Origin: Ranitomeya imitator
Lineage: Eukaryota
Direction of reading: 5' to 3'
Length of the DNA stretch: 64,000 nt
Assembly (NCBI RefSeq): GCF_032444005.1
Contig: NC_091289.1
Location: forward strand, 15,500,001-15,564,000
Shown in pieces: positions 51,645 to 64,000 of the stretch. Each line of letters begins with the position of its first letter. Positions within the stretch are counted from its first letter, which is position 1. The notes beneath the pieces were generated by a model. That model saw only the letters and a program-made list of their open reading frames with translations, was not told the origin of the DNA and made no database searches. The position numbers and the translations under genes are program-made.

Positions 51645-54615
51645 GTATTATAGTAGTTATATTCTTGTACAGAGGAGCAGTATTATAGTAGTCATATTCT
51701 TGTACATAGGAGCAGTATTATAGTAGTTATATTCTTGTATATAGGGGCAGTATTATAGTAGTTATATTCTTGTACATAGGGGCAGTATTATAGTAGTTAT
51801 ATTCTTGTACATGGGAGCAGTATTATAGTAGCTATATTCTTGTACATAGGGGCCGTATTATAGTAGTTATATTCTTGTACATAGGGATCAGTATTATAGT
51901 AGTCATATTCTTGTACATAGGAGCAGTATTATAGTAGTTATATTCTTGTATATAGGGAGCAGTATTATAGTAGCTATATTCTTGTACATAGGGGCAGTAT
52001 TATAGTAGTTATATTCTTGTACATAGGGATCAGTATTATAGTAGTTATATTCTTGTACATAAGAGCAGTATTATAGTAGTTATATTCTTGTACATAGGAG
52101 CAGTATTATAGTAGTTATATTCTTGTACATAGGAGCAGTATTATAGTAGTTATATTCTTGTATATAGGGAGCAGTATTATAGTAGCTATATTCTTGTACA
52201 TAGGGGCAGTATTATAGTAGTTATATTCTTGTACATAGGAGCAGTATTATAGTAGTTATATTCTTGTATATAGGGAGCAGTATTATAGTAGCTATATTCT
52301 TGTACATAGGGGCAGTATTATAGTAGTTATATTCTTGTACATAGGGATCAGTATTATAGTAGTTATATTCTTGTACATAAGAGCAGTATTATAGTAGTTA
52401 TATTCTTGTACATAGGAGCAGTATTATAGTAGTTATATTCTTGTACATAGGGGCAGTATTATAGTAGCTATATTCTTGTACATAGGGATCAGTATTATAG
52501 TAGTTATATTCTTGTACATAGGGATCAGTATTATAGTAGTTATATTCTTGTACATAAGAGCAGTATTATAGTAGTTATATTCTTGTACATAGGAGCAGTA
52601 TTATAGTAGTTATATTATTGTACATAGGGGCAGTATTATAGTAGCTATATTCTTGTACATAGGGATCAGTATTATAGTAGTTATATTCTTGTACATAGGG
52701 GCAGTATTATAGTAGTTATATTCTTGTACATAGGGGCAGTATTATAGTAGTTATATTCTTGTACATAGGGGCAGTATTATAGTAGTTATATTCTTGTACA
52801 TAGGAGCAGTATTATAGTAGTTATATTCTTGTACATAGGGGGCAGTATTATAGTAGTTATATTCTTGTATATAGGGGCAGTATTATAGTAGCTATATTCT
52901 TGTACATGGGAGCAGTATTATAGTAGTTATATTCTTGTACAGAGGAGCAGTATTATAGTAGTTATATTCTTGTACATAGGGGGCAGTATTATAGTAGTTA
53001 TATTCTTGTATATAGGGGCAGTATTATAGTAGCTATATTCTTGTACATGGGAGCAGTATTATAGTAGTTATATTCTTGTACATAGGAGTCAGTATTATAG
53101 TAGTTATATTCTTGTACATGGAGGCAGTATTATAGTAGTTATATTCTTGTACATAGGAGTCAGTATTATAGTAGTTATATTCTTGTACATAGAGGCAGTA
53201 TTATAGTAGTTATATTCTTGTATATAGGTGGCAGTATTATAGTAGTTATATTCTTGTACATAGGAGCAGTATTATAGTAGTTATATTCCTGTACATAGGG
53301 GCAGTATTATAGTAGTTATATTCTCGTACATAGGAGCAGTATTATAGTAGTTATATTCTTGTACATAGCGGCAGTATTATAGTAGTTATATTCTTGTACA
53401 TAGAGGCAGTATTATAGTAATTATAGTCTTGTACATAGGAGCAGTATTATAGTAGTTATATTCTTGTACATAGGAGCAGTATTATAGTAGTTATATTCTT
53501 GTACATAGGGGGCAGTATTATAGTAGTTATATTCTTGTACATAGGGGGCAGTATTATAGTAGTTATATTCTTGTATATAGGAGACAGTATTATTGTAGTT
53601 ATATTCTTGTATATAGGAGACAGTATTATAGTAGTTATATTCTTGTACATAGAGGCAGTATTATAGTAGTTATATTCTTGTATATAGGGGCAGTATTTTA
53701 GTCGTTATATTCTTGCATATAGGAGACAGTATTATAATAGTTATATTCTTGTATATAGGAGACAGTATTATAGTAGTTATATTCTTGTACATAGGAGCAG
53801 TACTATAGTAGTTATATTCTTGTACATAGAGGCAGTATTATAGTAGTTATATTCTTGTACGTAGGAGCAGTATTACAGTAGCTATATTCTTGTACGTAGG
53901 GGCAGTATTATAGTAGTTATATTCTTGTACATAGGAGCAGTACTATAGTAGTTATATTCTTGTACATAGGAGCAGTACTATAGTAGTTATATTCTTGTAC
54001 ATAGGAGCAGTATTATAGTAGTTATATTCTTGTACATAGGAGCAGTATTATAGTAGTTATATTCTTGTACATAGGGGCAGTATTATAGTACCGTAGTTAT
54101 ATTCTTGTACATAGGAGCAGTACTATAGTAGTTATATTCTTGTACATAGGAGCAGTAATATAGTAGTTATATTCTTGTACGTAGGAGCAGTATTATAGTA
54201 GTTATATTCTTGTACGTAGGGGCAGTATTATAGTAGTTATATTCTTGTACATAGGAGCAGTACTATAGTAGTTATATTCTTGTACATAGGAGCAGTATTA
54301 TAGTAGTTATATTCTTGTACATAGGGGCAGTATTATAGTAGTTATATTCTTGTACATAGGAGCAGTATTATAGTAGTTATATTCTTGTACATAGGAGCAG
54401 TATTATAGTAGTTATATTCTTGTACATAGGAGCAGTATTATAGTAGTTATATTCTTGTACATAGGAGCAGTATTATAGTAGTTATGTTTCTGTACATAGG
54501 GGCAGTATTATAGTAGTTATATTCTTGTACATAGGAGCAGTATTATAGTAGTTATATTCTTGTACATATGAGCAGTATTATAGTAGTTATATTCTTGTAA
54601 ATAGGGGCAGTATTA
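51645..54615 (+). repeat. 35/36-bp AT-rich minisatellite, about 85 units
   Basis: Unit GCAGTATTATAGTAGTTATATTCTTGTACATAGGA. Confidence 0.97.
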
Positions 54616-55439
54616 TATAATATCAATAAGTATTAGAATATCAATAAAGACAGAATAAGATCCATCAACAGCAGTTTCCCAAATCCTAATTTAAGACAAC
54701 AGTAAAGTTAATGTATCTACATTCAGATATGCTGAATTTTATGTCTACAGAACCAGTTGTGAATCTTTTCCGCCTCAGCTTCCCATCTAGACCTTATGAT
54801 CTACGGTTTACAGCTGGACACGTTACTGGGCATCAGATCCTTCATTTTTGCAAGTTTGACTCAAGAAATACTGTACATAGTCACAGTAATGAGCAATGTA
54901 CACCCAAATCCTTCATCGGTGTCACCCGCTGGGGGCCACTTACCTGGCTTTTGACCTTTTAGATGTTCGTATAGGTAAATTCTTTATGGTCCTTCAAACC
55001 TCAGAACTGACACCATGTTGGGTCCCAGTGGAAGCACAGAGACCAGGTAGATCATAAGACAGAAGTCTTACAAGGAGTGTGGCAGCTGATTAATATTTTA
55101 TGAAGAAACCAGCGTCTGGGAAGCAGAGACATTTGTGTCGCCTGAATAATGCAGCGCGAGAACAACTTAATGTAAGCTCTCCGGTAAAATAATAATATGG
55201 GAAGGTATCCCATCCCTAGTGCCAATAATGTCAGATCTGTCTTCATATTTGGACGATCCCCTCTAAATTGGTAATTCCACAATGAAAACACTACTGGAAT
55301 CTCCACAGTTAGTAAAGCGAAGGTGACAGTGGGTAGAAACTCTACTCTAGAAACAATGGTTGCATTTCGGTACCAGCAGGGGGAGCTTTGAAGCTTACTG
55401 CATACTGCTTATACATTGAAATCAATGATAAAGCAATAT

Positions 55440-57720
55440 GCAGTGAGCTCCCTCTAGTGGTGGCTAGTAATTGAGAGTCTCCTAGTGGTGGCTGTAAGCT
55501 GAGATTTAAACTAGTGGTGACTCAAAGCTGAGCTCCTCATAATGGTGTCTGAAATCTAAGCTCCTTATAGTGGTGGCTGGCAGTTAATATTCTCTTAGTT
55601 GTAGCTGTAAGCTGAGTTCTTCCTAGCGGTGGCTGCAAGATGAGCTCCTCTTAGTGGTGACTGGAAGTTGAGCTCCTCCTAGTGGTGGCTAGAAGCTGGG
55701 TTCCTCCTAGTGGTGACTGCAAGCTGAACTTTAACCTTTTGGTTGGAAGCTGAGCTCCTCATCATGGTGGCTGGAAGCTGAGCAACTTGGAGTTGTAGAT
55801 GGGAGTTGAGCTCCTCCTAGTGGTGGCTGGAAGCTAAGCTTTAACCTAGTGGTGGCTGGAAGCTGAGCTACTTCTGGTGGTGGCTGGTGGTTCAGCTCCT
55901 CATAGCGGTGGCTGGAGGCTGACCTCTTCATAGCGATGGCTGGAAATTCAGCTTCTCCTAGTAGTAGCTGGAAACTGAGTTTCTCCTAATGGTGGCTGCA
56001 AGCTGTGCTTTAATCTAGTGATGACTGGAAGCTGAGCTCCTTCTAGTGGTGGCTTGAAGCTGAGCTACCTCTAGTGGTGGCTGGAAGTTGAGATCATTTT
56101 AGTTGTGGCTAGGATCTGGGTTCCTCCTAGTGGTGGCTGCAAGCTGAGCTTAAACTTGTGGTGGTTGGAAGCTGTACTCCTCATCATGGGGGCTGGAAGT
56201 TGAGCTCCTCCTAGTGGTGGCTGGAATCTGAGCTCTTCCTAGTGGTGGCTGGAAGCTGAGCTTTAAACTATTGGTGGCTGGAAGCTGAGCTCTGAGCTCC
56301 TCATAGCAGTGGTTGGAAGTTGAGCTCCTCCTAGTAGTAGCTGGGAGCTCAGTTTCTCCTAGTGGTGGCTGCAAGCTGAGCTTTAACCTAGTGGTGACTG
56401 GAAGCTCAGCTCCTCCTAGTGGTGGCTGGAAGCTGAGCTCCTCCTCCTGGAGACTGGCAGCTGAGCTTTTCCTGGTAATTCGCTGGAAACTGAGCTTTAA
56501 CCTAGTGATGTCTGGAAGCTGAGCTCCTTCTAGTGGTGCCTTGAAGCTTAGCTCCTAGTGGTGGCTGAAAGTTGAGCTCCTTGTAGTGGTGGCTGAAACC
56601 TGAGTTTTTTTTCTAGTGGTGGCTCAAAGTTGATGTCTTCATAGTGGTGGCTGGAAGTTGAGCTCATTTTAGTTGTGGCTGGAAGCTGGGTTCCTCCTGG
56701 TGATGACTGCAAGCTAAGCTTTTAACCTTGTGGAGGTTGGAAACTGAGATCTTGGAATTGTGCATGGAAGCTGAGCTCCTCCTAGTGGTGGTTGGAAGCT
56801 GAGCTCTACCTAGTGATGGCTGGAAGCTCGGCTTTAACCTAGTGGTGGCAGGAATTTGAGCTCTTTCTAGTCGTTACTGGAAGCAGAGCTTTTTCTAGTG
56901 GTGGCTGAAAGTTGAGCTCTTCCTATTAGTGGCTGGAAACAGAATTCCTCCTAGTGGTGGCTGGAAGCTGAGCTTTAACCTAGTGGTGGCTGGAAGCTGA
57001 GCTTTAACCTAGTGGTGGCTGGAAGCTGAGCTACTCGTACTGATGGCTGGAAGCTTAGGTACTCCTTGTGGTGCCTGGAAGCTGAGTTCCTTCAAACGGC
57101 GACTGCAAAATGAGTTCCTCCTGGTGGAGACTGCAAGTTGAGCTTTGCCTAGTGGCGGCTGAAAGCTCAGCTTCCCCTAATTGTGGCTGGAAGTTGAGCT
57201 CTTTCTAGCGGTTACTGAAAGCTCAACTTTTTCTAGTGGTGGCTGAAAGTTGAGCTCCTCATAGTAGTGGCTGGAAAGTTCCTCCTAGTGGTGGCTGCAA
57301 GCTGAGCTTTAACCTAGTGGTGGCTGGAAGCTGAGCTACTCCTAGTGGTGGCTGGAAGCTTAGCTACTTCTTGTGGTGCCTGGAAGCTGAGTTCCTTCAA
57401 ACGGCAACTGCACAATGAGTTCCTCCTGGTAGTGACTGCAGGTTGAACTTCACCTAGTGGCAGCTGAATGCTCAGCGACCCCTAGATGTGGCTGCAAGCT
57501 GATTTTCTCCTATTGGTGGCTGCAGCCTTGGCTCCACCTAGTGGTGGCTGGAAGTTGAGCTTCTCCGAGTATTGGCTGCTAGCTGAGCTCCTAGAGGTGG
57601 CTGCTAGCTGAGCTCCTCATAGTGCTGACTGTAAGTTGAGCTCCTCCTAGAGGTGGCCGTAAGTTGAGCTCCTCATAGTGCTGACTGTAAGTTGAGCTCA
57701 TCCAAGTATTGGCTGCGAGC
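55440..57720 (+). repeat. Degenerate 28/29-bp tandem repeat
   Basis: Unit GCTGAGCTCCTCCTAGTGGTGGCTGGAA and variants (CTTTAACCTAGTGG). Confidence 0.9.
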
Positions 57721-59587
57721 TGAACTCCAATTCGTGGTGGCTTCAATCTCGACTTCTCATAGTCGATGTATAGGAAGAGAAGACTGGCTTGGTGATTAAA
57801 ATGAGCAGTCAGTGAGCCTCCTTCATACACAGCGCTCATGATGTTCTGACATAGGAAGTTCCCTCCTGTGTCAAGTACAGGGCCAGAAGTTGGGCCGCTG
57901 AACCTTTGGCTGATAGGGACAGGTGAAAATTGGGGTTTCTGTGATAATAGAAGTGTATTAGTTATTACATTCTTCTGTGACTGTATAGGCAAATATGGGA
58001 TTTGGAAATAAGCTCCAAGCACTTAGATATATTATAAAACGTCATCATTGCTAAATATTGGATCTACAGTAATTAATCAACTTGTTAGATGTGGGTTTGC
58101 CCTTTACATATAAGATCGTTGTCGGTATCGCTGCAGCGTCGCTATGTGTGACGGTACCTTTAGATGTGGGTTTGCCCTTTACATATAAGGGGCATGATTC
58201 GCACTGACCAATGATGCAGATATAATAGGTTTATGGTAATCTAATATAAATTTGCATGTAATTATGGATCTGTCAAGTCTTTCCTCTTCACACTGAAATC
58301 TGACATTCAGCAGATCCTTTCATCGTCAGTAATATATATAATTCTAATAAACTGGAAATGTGTCCGTGGGCTACAACTCGCAGGACTGCGACGCGAGATG
58401 CTGCAAATTGCATGTTATGGAGTCACCACTGGCCCAGAGCCGCAGAGTTTCAGGGGGCAGAAGATAATTACTTTGCGTCAGTTCAGGACGAGAAGTGGAG
58501 ATATATAGTGTTTTATTGGGTTCACAGTCACCACCCTATACACATGCATGCTCAGTTTGGCAGAGCATGCATGTGTTCTTCATAGGGGAGAGCGGAATAA
58601 GCACATGCCAGACACTTCTGGTGGTGACTTATTCTCCCGAGACAAAAGTTTGGACCGGTTGTCAACACTAACCCTGTGACATCTGAGGTTTGGGTAGAGT
58701 TTGACGTCAGACGACCCTGCAAAATGGCGTGATTTACATTAAAGTCGTATGTCCATCTCATCAAGTTGTCACTTATCTAAAGGACAGGTTTATAATTTGC
58801 TCATCCTCATGGGGTGGAGGTGGCAGTCTCTTAAACAATGGATGGACATCCATCAGCTCGGCATTTCAGATTTTTTTGGGGGGAATGATGAGACTCCCAA
58901 TGATCACCTTGTTATCACCTTTAGGTTTCTCCCACATGCTGCCCAGTTTACCACAAGAACTGACTGCCGTATAAAGATATGATAATAAATGAAAGTTTTA
59001 CTTTTCGATAGTTTTACATCTCTGTAGGAATTATATGGACTAAAGTTGAGCAAAAAGGTTCACGAGCCCGCTGTCCAGCCGTCAAATTGTTAGTCCGTGG
59101 CCACCAGACGAGAGGACGGCAAACCTACTCCTACCTGTGGCATCCACGGTGTCTCGCCTGATTAGTCGACCCCGTGACGTCATTATTTTGTAGCACGGGC
59201 GCCGACTAATCACAGCGGGGATGCTGGCGGGGCCACAGGATGAGGGTCCTGTGAATCTTTTTGCCCAGCTCTAATATGGATCCACTGGACCTTTTTGAAA
59301 ATTTGATTTTTTTTTTCTAGAGGGAAAATAACTCGTTCGGATGTTGTGTCAACTGTGTTATCACCCACCGATGACTCTGAGGACATGGACGTATGTGATG
59401 TCCCCCTGATGGGAATATGAAGTGGCCATAGAGCGACCCTGGATCTGTTGGTTCCCGGCCCCACGAAAAACAGATGTTGAGTAATATCATCCTCCAGAAG
59501 CCCTGGCTGGTCGTCGATGGGATCGTTTCTCCTGGCTGGCTGACCTGCATCACAAATCTCTGGTTGTCTACAATGCCGGTTTCTATA

Positions 59588-59963
59588 ATGGCCTCCAGCG
59601 CCATCATGTCCCTCTACTGGGAAGTCTTTCCTTCAATGCCCACCTGCCGGGTTTATTGCACACCAGCGTGCCAAGACGGGCACTTGTACGTGATGGGAGG
59701 TTGTAGCAAAGCGGGCGTTCCTCTGGACACAGTGGAAATGTTGGATGTGTTGTCACAAACATGGGCAGTGCTACCTTCATTGCCGACCCCCCGAGCCGGA
59801 GCCGCGGCGGTCGCGGTGGGAAAACAAGTTCTGGTGATTGGTGGAATGAATTATGAACAATGTCCATTGGCAACGGTAGAGATCTACAACAGCGACGAGG
59901 GAAAGTGGGAAAAGAAGGCTCCTCTATGCCAGCCATCCATGGGCATCAGTGCCATTGAAAAAG
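59588..59963 (+). CDS. klhdc8b: Kelch domain-containing protein 8B, first coding exon (gene continues beyond the window)
   Basis: WEVFPSMPTCRVY...QDGHLYVMGGC...PLDTVE...LPTPRAGAAAV..GKQVLVIGG...DEGKWE closely matches the recalled human KLHDC8B N-terminus and shows two kelch repeats. Acceptor CCTCCAG| at 59497; donor G|GTGAGA at 59963/59964. In-frame ATGs at 59573, 59588 (best Kozak) and 59606 leave the exact start uncertain. Confidence 0.92.
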
Positions 59964-60004
59964 GTGAGAAAAGACGTTTGCATCAATCACAGCTGTTTGA
60001 TGTC

Positions 60005-63000
60005 TACATACGTTACATTACTGATCCTGAGTTACATCCTGTATTATACTCCAGAGCTGCACTCACTATTCTGCTGATGCAGTCACTGTGTACATACATT
60101 ACATTACTGATCCTGAGTTACATCCTGTATTATACTCCAGAGCTGCACTCACTATTCTGCTGGTGCAGTCACTATGTACATACATTACATTACTGATCCT
60201 GAGTTACATCCTGTATTATACTCCAGAGCTGCACTCACTATTCTGCTGGTGCAGTCACTATGTACATACATTACATTACTGATCCTGAGTTACATCCTGT
60301 ATTATACTCCAGAGCTGCACTCACTATTCTGCTGGTGCAGTCACTGTGTACATACATTACATTACTGATCCTGAATTACCTCCTGTATTATACCCCAGAG
60401 CTGCACTCACTATTCTGCTGGTGCAGTCACTGTGTACATACGTTATATTACTGATCCTGAGTTACAGCCTGTATTATACTCCAGAGCTGCACTCACTATT
60501 CTGCTGGTGCAGTCACCGTGTACATACATTACATTACTGATCCTGAGTTACATCCTGTATTATACTCCAGAGCTGCACTCACTATTCTGCTGGTGCAGTC
60601 ACTGTGTACATACATTACATTACTGATCCTGAGTTACATCCTGTATTATACTCCAGAGCTGCACTCACTATTCTGCTGGTGCAGTCACCGTGTACATACA
60701 TTACATTACTGATCCTGAGATACATCCTGTATTATACTCCAGAGCTGCACTCACTATTCTGCTGGTGCAGTCACTGTGTACATACATTACATTACTGATC
60801 CTGAGTTATATCCTGTATTATACCCCAGAGCTGCACTCACAATTCTGCTGGTGCAGTCACTGTGTACATACATTACATTACTGATCCTGAGTTACATCCT
60901 GTATTATACCCCAGAGCTGCACTCACTATTCTGCTGGTGCAGTCACTGTGTACATACATTACATTACTGATCCTGAGTTATATCCTGTATTATACTCCAG
61001 AGCTGCACTCACTATTCTGCTGGTGCAGTCACCGTGTACATACATTACATTACTGATCCTGAGTTACATCCTGTATTATACCTCAGAGCTGCACTCACTA
61101 TTCTGCTGGTGCAGTCACTGTGTACATACATTACATTACTGATCCTGAGTTACATCCTGTATTATACCTCAGAGCTGCACTCACTATTCTGCTGGTGCAG
61201 TCACTGTGTACATACATTACATTACTGATCCTGAGTTACATCCTGTATTATATCCCAGAGCTGCACTCACTATTCTGCTGGTGCAGTCACTGTGTACATA
61301 CATTACATTACTGATCCTGAGTTACATCCTGTATTATACCCCAGAGCTGCACTCACTATTCTGCTGGTGCAGTCACTGTGTGCATACATTACATTACTGA
61401 TCCTGAGTTACATCCTGTATTATACCCCCGAGCTGCACTCACTATTCTGCTGGTGCAGTCACTGTGTACATACATTACATTACTGATTCTGAGTTACCTC
61501 CTGTATTATACCCCAGAGCTGCACTCACTATTGTGCTGGTGCAGTCACTGTGTACATACATTACATTACTGATCCTGAGTTACATCCTGCATTATCCTCC
61601 AGAGCTGCACTGACTATTCTGCTGGTTCAGTCACTGTGTACATACATTACATTACTGATCCTGAGTTACATCCTGTATTATACTCCAGAGCTGCACTCAC
61701 TATTCTGCTGGTGGAGTCACTGTGTACATACATTACATTACTGATCCTGAGCTTCATCCTGTATTATACCTCAGAGCTGCACTAACTATTCTGCTGGTGC
61801 AGTCACTGTGTACATACATTACATTACTGATCCTGAGTTATATCCTGTATTATACTCCAGAGCTGCACTCACTATTCTGCTGGTGCAGTCACTGTGTACA
61901 TACATTACATTACTGATCCTGAGTTATATCCTGTATTATACTCCAGAGCTGCACTCACTATTCTGCTGGTGCAGTCACTGTGTACATACATTACATTACT
62001 GATCCTGAGTTATATCCTGTATTGTACTCCAGAGCTGCACTTACTATTCTGCTGGTGCAGTCACTGTGTACATACATTACATTACTGATCCTGAGTTATA
62101 TCCTGTATTATACCCCAGAGCTGCACTCACTATTCTGCTGGTGCAGTCACTGTGTACATACATTACATTACTGATCCTGAGTTATATCCTGTATTATACT
62201 CCAGAGCTGCACTCACTATTCTGATGGTGCAGTCACTGTGTACATACATTACATTACTGATCCTGAGTTACATCCTGTATTATACCCCAGAGCTGCACTC
62301 ACTATTCTGCTGGTGCAGTCACTGTGTACATACATTACATTACTGATCCTGAGTTACATCCTGTATTATACTCCAGAGCTGCACTCACTATTCTGCTGGT
62401 GCAGTCACTGTGTACATACATTACATTACTGATCCTGAGTTACATCCTGTATTATACTCCAGAGCTGCACTCACTATTCTGCTGGTGCAGTCACTGTGTA
62501 CATACATTACATTACTGATCCTGAGTTACATCCTGTATTATACCCCAGAGCTGCCCTCGCTATTCTGCTGGTGCAGTCACTGTGTACATACATTACATTA
62601 CTGATCCTGAGTTACATCCTGTATTATACTCCAGAGCTGCACTCACTATTCTGCTGGTGCAGTCACTGTGTACATACATTACATTACTGATCCTGAGTTA
62701 CCTCCTGTATTATACTCCAGAGCTGCACTCACTATTCTGCTGGTGCAGTCACTGTGTACATACATTACATTACTGATCCTGAGTTATATCCTGTATTATA
62801 CTCCAGAGCTGCACTCACTATTCTGCTGGTGCAGTCACTGTGTACATACATTACATTACTGATCCTGAGTTATATCCTGTATTGTACTCCAGAGCTGCAC
62901 TTACTATTCTGCTGGTGCAGTCACTGTGTACATACATTACATTACTGATCCTGAGTTATATCCTGTATTATACCCCAGAGCTGCACTCACTATTCTGCTG

Positions 63001-64000
63001 GTGCAGTCACTGTGTACATACATTACATTACTGATCCTGAGTTATATCCTGTATTATACTCCAGAGCTGCACTCACTATTCTGATGGTGCAGTCACTGTG
63101 TACATACATTACATTACTGATCCTGAGTTACATCCTGTATTATACCCCAGAGCTGCACTCACTATTCTGCTGGTGCAGTCACTGTGTACATACATTACAT
63201 TACTGATCCTGAGTTACATCCTGTATTATACTCCAGAGCTGCACTCACTATTCTGCTGGTGCAGTCACTGTGTACATACATTACATTACTGATCCTGAGT
63301 TACATCCTGTATTATACTCCAGAGCTGCACTCACTATTCTGCTGGTGCAGTCACTGTGTACATACATTACATTACTGATCCTGAGTTACATCCTGTATTA
63401 TACCCCAGAGCTGCCCTCGCTATTCTGCTGGTGCAGTCACTGTGTACATACATTACATTACTGATCCTGAGTTACATCCTGTATTATACTCCAGAGCTGC
63501 ACTCACTATTCTGCTGGTGCAGTCACTGTGTACATACATTACATTACTGATCCTGAGTTACCTCCTGTATTATACTCCAGAGCTGCACTCACTATTCTGC
63601 TGGTGCAGTCACTGTGTACATACATTACATTACTGATCCTGAGTTACATCCTGTATTATACTCCAGAGCTGCACTCACTATTCTGCTGGTGCAGTCACTG
63701 TGTACATACATTACATTACTGATCCTGAGTTACCTCCTGTATTATACCCCAGAGCTGCACTCACTATTCTGCTGGTGCAGTCACTGTGTACATACATTAC
63801 ATTACTGATCCTGAGTTACATCCTGTATTATACCCCAGAGCTGCACTCACTATTCTGCTGGTGCAGTCACTGTGTACATACATTACATTACTGATCCTGA
63901 GTTACATCCTGTATTATACTCCAGAGCTGCACTCACTATTCTGCTGGTGCAGTCACTGTGTACATACATTACATTACTGATCCTGAGTTACATCCTGTAT
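60005..64000 (+). repeat. 86-bp satellite inside a klhdc8b intron (about 46 units, truncated by window end)
   Basis: Same unit as 1-3175, starting about 40 nt after the klhdc8b donor. Confidence 0.98.

Noticed and set aside
54930-55310. Minus-strand segment with a donor CAG|GTAAGT and an 84-aa ORF
   Set aside because: All three frames have stops before the donor and no homology was recognised.
40000-59400. Expected CCDC71, the divergent neighbour of KLHDC8B in human as recalled
   Set aside because: No matching ORF is visible; it may lie elsewhere or be hidden by the gap, so it is not reported.
59474-60196. 240-aa ORF as the full klhdc8b product
   Set aside because: It reads through the donor at 59963 into satellite DNA and starts upstream of the likely acceptor; only the exon portion is real.
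1-64000. Regularly spaced repeats that could suggest CRISPR arrays
   Set aside because: Units are contiguous with no unique spacers, no cas genes are present, and the context is vertebrate.

Overview
Eukaryotic vertebrate DNA, most likely a frog: spliced genes, a clear KLHDC8B orthologue, TTAA-flanked MITEs, Tc1 relics and L2 tails. Roughly half of the window is tandem repeat (about a dozen mini/satellite arrays with 22-86 bp units), and there is one 445-N assembly gap. Two protein-coding genes are supported, both on the + strand. (1) A complete five-coding-exon gene (18997-24111, 365 aa after splicing) encoding an uncharacterised HAD-fold-like protein with an atypical DxN motif I; it resembles the zebrafish si:dkey-32e6.3-type family and has an ETS/CCAAT promoter near 13.8 kb. 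(2) The first coding exon of klhdc8b (59588-59963), whose next intron is filled by an 86-bp satellite running off the window. Nearly all long ORFs in the supplied track are artefacts of tandem repeats. The most notable unexplained structure is a 283-bp intronic palindrome built from two head-to-head Penelope-type minimal hammerhead ribozyme motifs with a compensatory stem II change. Also notable are a dispersed 86-bp satellite present three times in both orientations and a satellite derived from a CTCF-like MITE motif. There are no prokaryotic features and no CRISPR array.
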